From assembly GCA_951406725.2 (NCBI GenBank), contig OX597815.1, positions 161,696,001 through 161,760,000 of the forward strand: a DNA stretch of 64,000 bases. Direction: 5' to 3'. The stretch is from Octopus vulgaris. Lineage: Eukaryota. The number at the start of each line of letters is the position of its first letter. Positions within the stretch are counted from its first letter, which is position 1. Of this stretch, positions 39,876-51,831 are shown piece by piece. The translations under genes were made by a program, and so were the position numbers. Under the pieces are notes generated by a model, which had not been told where the DNA came from, made no database searches, and was given only the letters and a program-made list of their open reading frames with translations.

Positions 39876-40990
39876 GGCTCAGGCATGGCTTGGCTGTGTG
39901 GTAAGAAGCTTGCTTCTCAACCAAGTGTTTCTGGGTTCAGTCTCACTGTGTGGAACTCTTGTCAAGTGCCTCCTATAATAGCATTGGGCTAACCAAAGCC
40001 TTCTGAGTGGAGACAGAAACTGAAGGAAGCCTGTCACACACACACACATATATATATTTGAGGAGACCTATTGAGTCAAGTACATCAACATCAAAATAAA
40101 TGGAAATTGCAGTCATGATACCTGTGCCGGTGGCACATAAAAAGCACCATCCGAATGTGGCTGTGCCAGCGCCACCTAGACCGGCTTCTGTGCCGGTGGC
40201 ACGTAAAAAGCACCATCTGAACGTGGCCGATGCCAGCATCGCCTTGACTGGCTTCTGTGCCAGTGGCACATAAAAAGCACCAACCGATCATGGCCACTGC
40301 CAGCCTCCCCTGGCACCTGTGCCAGTTGCACGTAAAAAGCACCCTCTACACTCACGGAGTGGTTGGCATTAGGAAGGGCATCCAGCTGTAGAAACACTGC
40401 CAGATCAGACTGGAGCCTGGTGCAGCCTCCTGGCTTCCCAGACCCCGGTCGAACCGTCCAACCTGTGCTAGCACGGAAAACAGACATTAAACGATGATGA
40501 TGATATATATATAGTTGAAATTTACAGAAAATAAAAGACGAAGACAGGTGTAGGAAGAATAAGCAGGTGTATTAGTTTAACACTTGGGAAGAATGGAAAA
40601 GCCTTTGACTTTTGACCCTATGCTCCTCAACAGGAAAGGATTACGAGGAAAAAAACGGAGAGAGAATGAAAAAATAGATTAACAGTTCAGATGATATATA
40701 TAAATATACATGCGTGTGTGTATACGTTTGTGTGTGTATGCATTTGTGTGTGCATACATGTGTCTTTGTGTCTGTGTTTGACCTTCACCACAAGATGACA
40801 ATTGGTGCTGGTGTGTTTACGTTTCTGTAACTTAGTGGTTTGGCAAAAGAGATTGATAGAATAAGTGCCAGGCTTTAGAAAAAAAAAATAAGTAGCAGAG
40901 TCAATTAATTCAACTAAAAATTCTTAAAGGCAGTGCCCCAGCATAGCCACAGTCTAATGGCAGAAACAACCAAAAAATATACGATAAAAA
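39876..40990 (+). mobile_element. SINE A split by nested insertions in its internal microsatellite
   Basis: Head 39876-40035, RTE 3'UTR 40062-40505, PLE-like fragment ~40512-40690, SINE 3' half ~40760-40990. Confidence 0.75.
40062..40505 (+). mobile_element. RTE LINE 3'UTR with four tandem 27-bp motifs and a (GAT)n tail
   Basis: CTGTGCC(G/A)GT(G/T)GCAC(A/G)TAAAAAGCACC at 40122, 40188, 40255 and 40317; then GGCATTAGGAAGGGCATCCAGCTGTA and TTAAACGATGATG. Confidence 0.8.
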
Positions 40991-41479
40991 ATACCTGAAA
41001 TTAAGTGTTAATGATGATGATGATAATGATGTGTGTGTGTGTGTGTGTTTGTACATGTATATAGATACAGGCATGGTTGAGCAGTTAAGTTTAGTTCTTA
41101 ACCCAGAAGTTTCTGGTTTGTTCCTGTTGCATGTCATTGTGGGTAAGTGTCATTTTACTATACTAAGGAATTGGCCAACCCCCTTCTGAAAGAATTTGGT
41201 CAACAAAACCTTCTGGAGCCTCATTGTGTGTGTGTGTGTATGTGTATCTATAAAATTCTACCACAAACAACTTGCTGCTAAAATCCATCTGACATGGTAA
41301 ATAGATGTTAAACCACAAAATATTTGTTCAACCCAATTATAATTTACATCATTAATGAATTGCTTCAAATGACTAATAACTATCTATGAATGAATTTATT
41401 CATTCACAGGCTAAACTATTTAGTTATTACTATATATATTATATATAGTACTATATTATTGTGGCACCTTGAGCCTGTC

Positions 41480-41512
<33 letters not shown>

Positions 41513-41733
41513 ATTAAAATTCATAGCGTAAGAGCACACTAAATCACCAACCTTCTAGATATAAAAGTTAAACCCTTATGATATGAATTTTAATTATATG
41601 GCTATATAACACTAATTTAGGCATGTAACGAGTTATATTATTATTGCTGTTATTATCAATTATTTATATTGCCCTCAATAATAATAACAATAATAATATT
41701 TATATAAATATTCACTTCTGAATATTTGCTCCT

Positions 41734-41772
<39 letters not shown>

Positions 41773-42020
41773 ATGTATTATGTATGTATATCTATGTGTG
41801 TATCTTTGTGTCTGTGTTTAGCCCACCACCACCACTCGACAACCAGTGTTGGTGTGTTTACACCCCCATAATTTAGCAGTTCAGCAAAAGAGTCTAAGAG
41901 AATAAGTACTAGGCCTAAAAAAAAGTCCTAAGGTTGATTTGTTTGACTAAGACCCTTCAAAGCAGTGCCCCAGCATGGCCTCAGTCAAATGACTAAAACA
42001 AGTAAAAGATAAAAAATAAA

Positions 42021-42097
<77 letters not shown>

Positions 42098-42106
42098 TAT
42101 ATATGT

Positions 42107-42360
42107 GGAGGCACGTGGTTTAGTGGTTAGGGTGTCAGCACCATGATCGTAAGATTGTGGTTTCGATTCCTGGACCAGACGACGCGTTGTGTTCTTGAGC
42201 AAAACACTTCATTTCACGTTGCTCCAGTTCACTCAGCTGGCAAAAATGAGTAACGCCGCAATGGACTGGCATCCCATCCAGCTGGGGAACACATACGCCA
42301 TAATAACTGGGAAGCCAGGCCCATGAGCCTGACTAGGCTTTAAAAGGGCGCATTTATTAT
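42107..42360 (+). mobile_element. SINE family C (tRNA head)
   Basis: TGGTTTAGTGG A-box, GTTTCGATTCC B-box, TGTGTTCTTGAGCAAAACACTT body; another copy with a different tail at ~54030-54355. Confidence 0.85.
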
Positions 42361-42544
42361 GTATATATATATTTATTTTCTCATTACTTTCTCTCCTTGT
42401 TTCTTTCTGTGTTCCTTTTTGTGGAAGAGCGTAGGCTTGAAATGTTAAAGACTTTTTTCACTTCCCAAACGTTAAACTAATACATCTGTTTGTTGTCAAC
42501 ACCACCTGTCTTCGTCTTTTGTTTTTTTGTGAATTCTTCCCCTG

Positions 42545-42634
<90 letters not shown>

Positions 42635-42639
42635 ATTAC

Positions 42640-42704
<65 letters not shown>

Positions 42705-42720
42705 TATATATATGTACAAT

Positions 42721-42761
<41 letters not shown>

Positions 42762-43036
42762 TTAATAAGGGTGAGAGAATTAGATACTAATTTAATAGTA
42801 TATCTATTCTACACCAAGTGGCCTAGTGCTCCGAGAAACCTGGATTATTATAATATTTTATAATATATTATAATATTTTTACAAAATAAATATAAGAGAG
42901 TGGTCACTATATGGCTCACTCTAGCACCAGTTAATCCAAAAGGTTTCAACCACAAAAATACATGTTTCCCATGAAAGTCAGTACGATTGTTAGCTCACAC
43001 GGACAGGGCAAATAAAAAATAACAAAATACAGATTA

Positions 43037-43118
43037 TTTTGGGACAATTGTTTCGCTATTAATGAATTAAATGTAATTTTACTTACAATAAAATCCACTT
43101 GTAGCTCTTCAGCCAAAA
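43037..43118 (-). ncRNA. Type I hammerhead ribozyme, copy 1
   Basis: Minus strand: TTTTGG-CTGAAGA-GCTA..TAGC-GAAA-CAATTG-TC-CCAAAA; all core nucleotides intact; stem I extends via CAGAT/ATCTG. Confidence 0.9.
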
Positions 43119-43570
43119 CTATCTGGATGAAATCCACTCAATCACACGCCAGATTTTACCATAACGATAAATACGCGTGTGGTTCAATTGATTACATCCG
43201 ACGTTATAATTCAAATGCCCCAACTAACAGCGCGCCAAATTTTCACGGAAAACAAATACAGCATTTAGAAATAAATGCAGCATAATTATAATTAATTAAT
43301 AAGGGTGACAGAATTAGATACTAATTTAATAGTATATCTATTCTACACCAAGTGGCCTAGTGCTCCGAGAAACCTGGATTATTATAATATTTTATAATAT
43401 ATTATAATATTTTTACAAAATAAATATAAGAGAGTGGTCACTATATGGCTCACTCTAGCACCAGTTAATCCAAAAGGTTTCAACCACAAAAATACATGTT
43501 TCCCATGAAAGTCAGTACGATTGTTAGCTCACACGGACAGGGCAAATAAAAAATAACAAAATACAGATTA

Positions 43571-43652
43571 TTTTGGGACAATTGTTTCGCTATTAATGAA
43601 TTAAATGTAATTTTACTTACAATAAAATCCACTTGTAGCTCTTCAGCCAAAA
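43571..43652 (-). ncRNA. Type I hammerhead ribozyme, copy 2
   Basis: Identical to copy 1, 534 nt away. Confidence 0.9.
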
Positions 43653-44553
43653 CTATCTGGATGAAATCCACTCAATCACACGCCAGATAAAATTACATTT
43701 AATTCATTAATAGCGAAACAATTGTCCCAAAATAATCTGTATTTTGTTATTTTTTATTTGCCCTGTCCGTGTGAGCTAACAATCGTACTGACTTTCATGG
43801 GAAACATGTATTTTTGTGGTTGAAACCTTTTGGATTAACTGGTGCTAGAGTGAGCCATATAGTGACCACTCTCTTATATTTATTTTATATATATATATAT
43901 ATATATACAAGAATAAGATCTAGGTATGCAAGTATAGGAGGTTTGTAAGCTTCAAACAGTCCACGACAGGTACAGGGAACAAAAAGTGCATTTTATTTAG
44001 GTAATCTTGCCTTGATGATCAGCTAAGTTGCATACCTTGTTGAGTAACTATTACACTAGAGAATCAGCTGGCTAAGGAACATATGTAACCTACATTCTAC
44101 CTGTTCTACTGCCTCAATTTGGATATATATAAATATATATACAATTATATACATGCATGCACAAACACACACACATGCACATACATATGTGAGTATGTAA
44201 ATGTCAAACGAGGAAAATGAGTGCTCAACACCACATAGGTGAATATAATTTCTTTATTTGTGAATTAAAGCTACCATTGGTTTCATGTTAAGAAAAGTAG
44301 GAAAATACCCTAGTGTCTTAAGAATTTTTCTAGCCAATCTCATGGTGAAAGGTACTTGCTTTCATTTTGGAAAACACAGCCTTGTTTTATTCACATGAAT
44401 TCCCAAGAGTCTCTTTGAACCAAAGGAAGCTCTTTTCCAAAATGGAGGCAACTACCTTTCTTTATGTGATTGGCTTGAAAAATTAAGACTCTAGGATATT
44501 TCCCTACTTTCTCTCTCTCTCCCTCTCTGTCTGTCTGTCTCTCTCACTCTCTT

Positions 44554-44604
<51 letters not shown>

Positions 44605-44614
44605 TATATAGATA

Positions 44615-45215
44615 TTATTCAAGGCTGGGGTGAAGCTGGCATCAGATGTTTGGATCATCTCCTCAGGCCTGACAGCAACAGTACAAAGCTGGAAAATAGG
44701 CGTCAATATTGGGAACCAGTTGAATTTCCAACAAAAATTAGTATCAATATCACTTAGGCCATATATAGTACTGTGCTCATAAAAGCAGCCAGCCAGATGG
44801 CTTTATTAGAATTCTCCATTCCCCCAAAAAACCATATTCAGAAGGTCAATATGCTAAGCTAGTTGGAAGTATGCTGAAGCAATCTATAGCAAGTAAAGTA
44901 TGATTTCTTTGACATTAGATACAGAGAGGCCACAGAGAGTCTTTTACAAAGCCTACAACATGCTAGGCATCACAAGGGCCAGCGAGTGTGAGGCTATCAA
45001 GCTAACCACCTTGGCAGCACTAATTACATCAAAATAGCCGCTGATGAGGAGATCTAAGCAATTTATAGGGAGGTTCTAATTGGACATAAGCTGCAATTTG
45101 TTCAACCCTGGTATGTTCTCCTGGACGAAGATGTCTAATAGTTAAAAGACCCTAAGCATATAGTAACCTCTGGTAATCCTACTTATTATGTATCCAGGTG
45201 CATAACATGATGATG
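44615..45215 (+). pseudogene. Hero-like REL non-LTR retrotransposon 3' fragment
   Basis: FKAGVK...QSWKIGVNIGNQLNFQQKLVSISLRPYIVLCS resembles FV.AGE...DW...VDL..QLKFP..I..T.LRPDIVL.S. Confidence 0.7.
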
Positions 45216-45732
45216 TATGAGAAAAGTATGTTAAATCTAGATGAATGGGAAAATTTTGTTTTTTTAACGATACTTAATAATAAAAAAAATATTGTAGTAG
45301 ATTTTATCTATTTATTTATTTTGTTGTGATATTTTTGAATTAACAACATCTGCTGAATGATTTAGCAGAGAGAATAAAACAGACTCATTCAAATATCCTT
45401 GTGACCAATCAATAGATTAGTTTCAAAAAGCTGAGTGAAATATGGTACTACATTCTAGTGATATTAGCCTAGTTACTCTTAATAATTGAACCATTGAGTA
45501 AATTATATTCTGTGAAATAGGTATACATTTTCATTGGCAATGTATGCTAGGTGGGCATGTGGGTGCGAGTGTGCATGCATGTGTTTCTTAAGTGTGAAAT
45601 AGTTTTCAGTTTTTAAAAATCAATAAGTTATATATATATGAAATTAAACCTACTGAACCAGCCATTTTTGTAAAGTGCAACTTATGTCTGGGTGTGAATA
45701 AATACATGTACATAAATATATATATATTTATA

Positions 45733-45953
45733 CTCTTTACACCTACCCTTTTACTCTTCTACTTGTTTCAGTCATGTGACTGTGGCCATGCTGAAGCTGC
45801 GCCTTTAATCGAGCAAATCGACCCCAGGACTTATTCTTTGGAAGTCTAGTTAATTATTCTATCGATCTCTTTTGCTGAACTGCTAAGTTATGGGACGTAA
45901 ACACACCACCATCAGTTGTCAGGTGATGTTGGGGAGACAAACACAGACACACA

Positions 45954-45998
<45 letters not shown>

Positions 45999-46166
45999 CG
46001 GGCTTCTTTCAGTTTCCGTCTACCAAATCCACTCACAAGACTTTAGTCAGCCCGAAGGTATAGTAGAATAGTAGAAGACACTTGCCCAAGGTGCCACACA
46101 GTAGGACTGAACCCGGAACCATGTGGTTGGTAAGCAAGCCACTTACCACACAGCCACTCCTATGCC
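45733..46166 (-). mobile_element. SINE family A
   Basis: Full-length match. Confidence 0.9.
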
Positions 46167-46194
46167 TATATATATATATATATATATATATTTA

Positions 46195-46333
46195 CTGTTG
46201 TGTCTGGGGAGAGTCATTTTCTTTTTTTTTTGCCTGATAAGGAAAATAAAATAGAATAAGTGGAAATTTTAGTGGTGAGTGTGTTACATTACAAGGCACA
46301 AAAAGAAAATGACTCTTCCCAGACACAACAGAA
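46195..46333. repeat. Short inverted repeat between microsatellites
   Basis: CTGTTGTGTCTGGGGAGAGTCATTTTCTT / AAGAAAATGACTCTTCCCAGACACAACAG. Confidence 0.85.
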
Positions 46334-46390
46334 TATGCTTCAACACACAAACTCATATAAAGAATCTTGCAAACCAAATCCCAAAACGAA

Positions 46391-46459
<69 letters not shown>

Positions 46460-46479
46460 ATTAACTAGAAATGATATCT

Positions 46480-47521
46480 GGATGGCTGCTTTATCATTTG
46501 GAATGAGACCATTGATAAACTTTTGGAATTTAAATCAATACTAAATAATATAAACCATAACATTCAATTTACAATAGAAGAAAGCAAAGTACAGCTCCCT
46601 TTCTTGGATATTCTGATTAAAAGAAAGTCAACAACCAAATTGTAACTGACATTTATCATAAATCAATGGACTTGAAACAATATCTTCTTTTTAGATCATG
46701 CCACTCAAAACACATCAAAAGAAATATCCCCTTTAATTTAGCAAATGATTAGCACAATAGTGTCTGATGGAAATACCCAGGATCTCTGTCTTCAAGACCT
46801 CGGAACAACACTAACTGAGAGACAATATCCACCCTCACTTATAGACGTTGGAATTAAGGGTGCCAAGAAATTAGACATTAAAACACTAAGGGAAACAAAA
46901 TGTAGCACCACAATACATCTCAAAACACTACCATATATATCAGCACACAACCATAGAAAAAATGAGGTATACAACACTATTATACAAAATCTACCTATGC
47001 TTACTAGGAATCGAAAAATGAACAACATTCTGAAAACATATAAATTTATCAAATGCAAAAAGCAACACAAATCACTGGAATGACTTCTGACAAATGTGGA
47101 GCTTTACTCAACTACCACGAAACCAATGGTTAAAAAATGTGGATGCCCAAACTGTGGAACACTCCCCAACCTATGCCTGTTCAAGCAAGGAGAGAGGTTC
47201 ACAATTAAAACCAACTTCACTTGTGTGTCCAAGAATTTAATTTATATTATAACTTGTTCAGGTTGTGGGCATTACTATATAGGACAGACAAGTATGGCAT
47301 TTAGACAGAGAACCACATTACATAAGAAACAGATCTGTTTCCCACAGTACAGGCAGATTCTTTTGAGTGAACACATAGAGAGATGTGCAGGTAATATCCA
47401 ACCAAACTTCACAGTTTTCCCCATCTACCAGTGCAAAGAACCAATTTTTGTACAAGAACATTTAAACAAAGAAAATTTATCTACCAAAAAATACAGAACA
47501 CACCTAAATATGAGCACATAA
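46480..47521 (+). pseudogene. Penelope-like element: RT C-terminus/thumb, Cys linker and GIY-YIG (Neptune-like)
   Basis: IQFTIE...LPFLDILI, TDIYHK...QYLLFRSCHSKH.KRNIP, KKCGCPNCG, FTCVSKNLIYIITCSGCGHYYIGQT...RQR..LH; frameshifted. Confidence 0.9.
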
Positions 47522-47929
47522 CCAACTTTGGTCTCAGTTTATATTTTAATTCATGTTCACATACCCATCACTCTAAATACTTCAACTCAGTACTTTAGCT
47601 TTTGAGTTTTTGTGTATTTATTTATCCCCTCCCCAAAATAAGAGCAATTATCTCCCCTGTCCCAAATAATGATGATCACCAATTACCTCCCCTTAGATTT
47701 TTCTACTTGTTGACTCATTGTATTCACAAACTCCTATACACAACATGGACTAAAACCTTCTTAAGAAAATACGAGATTACAATAATTTAAATGTTATGAC
47801 TTAACGAAAGCAAACCTAGTCAACAAAAAACACACTTTTACTTATAAGATATATTTAAAAATATATTAAAACTATGTAAACTGTGTGCATTTTCTTTCTT
47901 TTATTTGATATGTATGTATTTTTTGCATT

Positions 47930-50295
47930 ACAGCTCACAACATGGAAATAATCGAAATTCTTTTTCTTATGATATATAAAGTAAACAGAAAATGGAAAAA
48001 TATTGATCAACAGCAATTGACTAACATCGATTATTACTTTTTAATACAAATAGACCTTATCCCATCTAACAGCTGTTTCTGCTTCCAATGCTCTATGGTA
48101 TTGCCACTGAAAATTCTGGAAATAATATTCATCATATTTTGCAGCACATCCGATCTGGAACATGGAACTTCATCAGAGTGAAGAAAAATACATAGATGAG
48201 AAGAAAAGAAGAGCCGTAAGAAGAAGAAGAAGAAATGCTTCATATATTTAAATCATATCATTTTGCATATCTTCTGCTTCAGGACACCAAGTAAATGACT
48301 AAACTTGAAATATTAGTAGGTGGGTTAATTTTTCTATAGGGGTAACAGGGTGTATAAGTAGTAAAAAAAGTAAAATAAAAACTTTACCATAACAGGATAC
48401 ACCAGTAGGTCGAGAAAAAGAGAGTGTGATAGTGCCATAACATTTAGAAGTAATCCTAATAGTTCTTAAGATTATGTTAGTAGTACTAATTAATAGCTTA
48501 TCCTTAAAAAATGCCCATCTATTAATTATAATTATTTACTTACTGAATAGGTGGTTGTAAAGACCAACCAACTATTGCCTGTAATGGGATTGACCAAAGT
48601 CCAGCTTTTGATATAATTGGTTGAATTTTTAAAGAAAGGCACGCTATTAAGACTGTTATACAGGTAGATGTAAATAAATAAATAAATAAATAAATAAAAA
48701 CTAAAAGTATGGAGAAATAGCATATGTTGTAAGTGGCCCAAAACCACTCAGGACATCATAAATAAAAACAAACGAACATGTAAATTGGGACCATGCAAAG
48801 GAATGAACAACGTCCACAGTGTCATTAAAACCTAGAGAGGTCCCTATTTGGACCATTGCAAGTAAAGGTGGTAGGAGAGGACGAAAGATTGGACAAATGC
48901 TTTATAAATAGGAGTGATAAATTAGTAGACAAAGAAAGGAAATTAATTATTAAGAAAGTGAAAAGGGAAGGGGATAAAACTGGGACTACAGTTAAGGGGA
49001 GACTACAGTTAAGGGAGGTAATGGCTAGGGCAGTGCCCTACATTTAGAAAATTATAATACAAAGTCTAACTTCCGAACTAACAATCACAGTACCCAAGCA
49101 GTGGTCTTACTATACAAACAATAATTGGCTAAACATACCCAAATACATTCAGCCTAGTGCTCCTATGAATAATTATAAGTACAAATCCTCCAAAATTAAT
49201 TAAATGATTAGAATTTAATTATTTGCTAATCACTATTATTTTTGCAGATGCAGGCTCAAAACTACAGCTTGCTCAATCATACTTAATGTATATTATTATA
49301 TTGTTGTTATTACTAACATGCTTGGGTGCATACCACAATTGCACTCCCATGCATACAATACTATGCCTAAGAACAATAATAGCTCATAGGGAAGTGCCAA
49401 ATGCAATACAAAGTACAAGCAGATACTATCTAAAGAGTTGTGAAGTTGATATTAAAGTGTTGAATTTTGTAATGTGAAGGGGTTTCTAAAATGAGTAAAA
49501 CTAATAGGAGGTCACCAATAAATGGAAGTAGTCCCATGCTGACTGAAATTAGGTCCAGAATGAAATTAAAGTGTTAAACAAGCTAACACATGGTGTAGAA
49601 AGTAAAGTTAGTTGCAAATAAAGCCATTTCTAAGGTGGTAGGTACAGGTTCATTTAGTGGGGTAATGGATATTTATGTCCTTTTTATTTTAAATTAGGTT
49701 CATATTTAAAAGAACTGGTATTATTAAAAGGGGGTGAGAAGATTGTATTAAGGAGGGATAAATTAATAAATAGATTATATAATTTAGTTATTATGTGTAG
49801 GAGGTGGAATTTTAAATTCAGATATGCTGGTGTAGGAATATTAAAGCTGGATTACCTATAAGAGACCTAGGTGTGTAATACTATTAAACTAGCTTTAATT
49901 GGAAGCTAATATATGCCATCATTTAGTATTGAATTCTACTGTTTCTGTGGTGAAGAGCTCTGGGTGCTGTTTGTGGAGATGATGCAAAGGGGTACTTAAT
50001 ATCATTTGTACTTAGAGAAGATAAACTTACCATTGTGCAGGCAAGCTTTATTTCTCTCTTCCCTCAAAGTAAGTAATGAGTATCAGGCCTCTAGTATGAA
50101 ACATTTCTCATTGATGCACAGATGGCATTTCTTATTTTTTACATTGTACAAAGGTGTGGTGGTGAGGAATTTCCATTCTAAAATAAATCTAATATTTTTA
50201 TCTTTAAGCTCCCAAATATATTTACTTAATCCGGTCGAGTTAATCTTATTTCTATTTCTGAAAGTGTGTTGGTGTGCGGCTAGCCTTCGTTTCAT
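47930..50295 (-). pseudogene. Penelope-like element 3' fragment: GIY-YIG end (~49990-50295), long 3' region and hammerhead
   Basis: KRRLAAHQHTFRN...STGLSKYIWELKD....W......Y....KKCHLCINEK; same-strand hammerhead at 48063-48180. Continuity of the sequence between them is inferred. Confidence 0.65.
48063..48180 (-). ncRNA. Hammerhead ribozyme with long stem II insert
   Basis: Minus strand: CACT-CTGATGA-a-GTTCCATGTTC..GAGCATTGGAAGC-a-GAAA-CAGCTG-TT-AGATG. Confidence 0.65.
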
Positions 50296-50880
50296 TTCAA
50301 GACCCCAGTTGAACCGTCCAACCCATGCTAGCATGGAAAGCGGACGTTAAACGATGATGATGATGATGATGATATATATATAAAACATAGACACATAGTT
50401 TCTGTCTACCAAATTCACTTACAAGGCATAGGTCAGCCTAAAGCTATAAAGGAAGATACTTGCCAAATGTGCTGTACAGTGGGACTGAACCTAAAACTAT
50501 ATGCAAACTTCTTAACCACACAAGTAAGGCTGTGCTTACGTAGAAGAATAAAAAAGTTAAACTGAAAGATGCAATATTTATTGTTCCAGTGGCACACCAA
50601 TGCTAATAATAATTTTCAAAAAATATCAGCTAGCTTAATATACACATGCATATGTATAAATACTCATACATGTAATATCATTTACAGAAGTGTTTACAAA
50701 GGAGGAAAATTACGTTTTTTTTTTCCTTTTTAAACCTAAGCTGAAATTAAATATTTTATTGTGACAGGTTTATTTACTTAGCAGCAAGTTTCACAAACTT
50801 CATGTCGAGTTTCTTATTAAATACTAGCACACCTTGAATGAACTCAGGTAACTCATTGATAAACTCAAGACCAAAATGAA

Positions 50881-50932
<52 letters not shown>

Positions 50933-51831
50933 GTAATAATAATAATATTCATGAATGAATAATAATAATAATAATAATAATTGTGAATGAATAAATAGAA
51001 TAAAATAAAACTAAAAAATTACTTTGCCAAGCTGTTACATTATCGATATATAAGCAACATAGATTTAGTGGCCAACATTAGTTTTTTGCTTTCCAGTTCC
51101 CATTTGTTTATTTTTATGTTTGTTATTTCTGTTTATGTATCTTTTATTTTCTATTGACAATTTATCATAATACGACAGCTGAAAAGCTGAAGTTATGGTT
51201 TCATATTGTACAATACAGCAATAGCAATAGAACTTTTGTTGTAAATATCAGGTTACTTTCATTTACTTTTATGCCTTAATGGAAACTACATATAACTGTT
51301 GAACTAACAAGGGAGCTGTTGCATATTTACTTGGCCAGCTTAAGAAGAAATAATACTTTCGATGATGTGATCTAGGATAGACGATGCCTCCTCAAGCCTT
51401 TTAAAATAGATGGTGATTGGATGATCTTGTTTGAGATGCCTTTGATTATATGTGTTTAGTCAGCGAGAATATGGTATTTAAAACAACAATAATCAGCTTT
51501 CTTGAAGAGCCTACAAAAGTGCATCTATTCATGCCTTTGACCTGCAAAAAATAGCAGCCAACTCCCCTTCAAATACATCCTACTAACTTTAAAAAATGAC
51601 CTCTCTTCCCAAAACTCTAACCTTTAACTCAGTGGAACATTAAGGATGTGACTGTTGGATGGGGTGTGGTTTATAGCAAGCTATGTCTGGTAAATTCATT
51701 ATCATCAATTCATTGTCATCGATTCAAACATGATTTTGAATAATGTAAATTTGAATTTTTGTGTTGATCATGTTGTAAAAAAAGTGCAAATTTAAATTAA
51801 GCTTATTTGTCTTCATATTTTATACATACTA

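Larger units (their letters stand above)
42753..43886 (-). mobile_element. Young non-autonomous hammerhead-bearing element (PLE/retrozyme-like): 534-bp unit, partial tandem copy and inverted copy
   Basis: 42753-43154 recurs at 43287-43688 (one mismatch seen); 43688-43886 is the reverse complement of 42883-43081; (TA)n on both sides; no meaningful ORF. Confidence 0.85.

Noticed and set aside
40122-40343. CRISPR array (27-bp palindromic repeats, 35-40-bp spacers)
   Set aside because: The spacers are homologous to each other, the array is within a eukaryotic LINE 3'UTR, and there are no cas genes.
42946-43671. Duplicated 63-aa ORF as a gene pair
   Set aside because: It overlaps the hammerhead in the tandem unit, starts at GTG and has no recognisable motif.
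50083-50085. In-frame TGA in the PLE GIY-YIG tail as selenocysteine
   Set aside because: The frame continues after it, but it aligns to Lys rather than a conserved Cys in the 26922-27353 relative. No SECIS was identified, so a nonsense mutation is simpler.
50768-50847. Candidate host exon (ACAG...CAG|GTAACT)
   Set aside because: Stops in all three frames.
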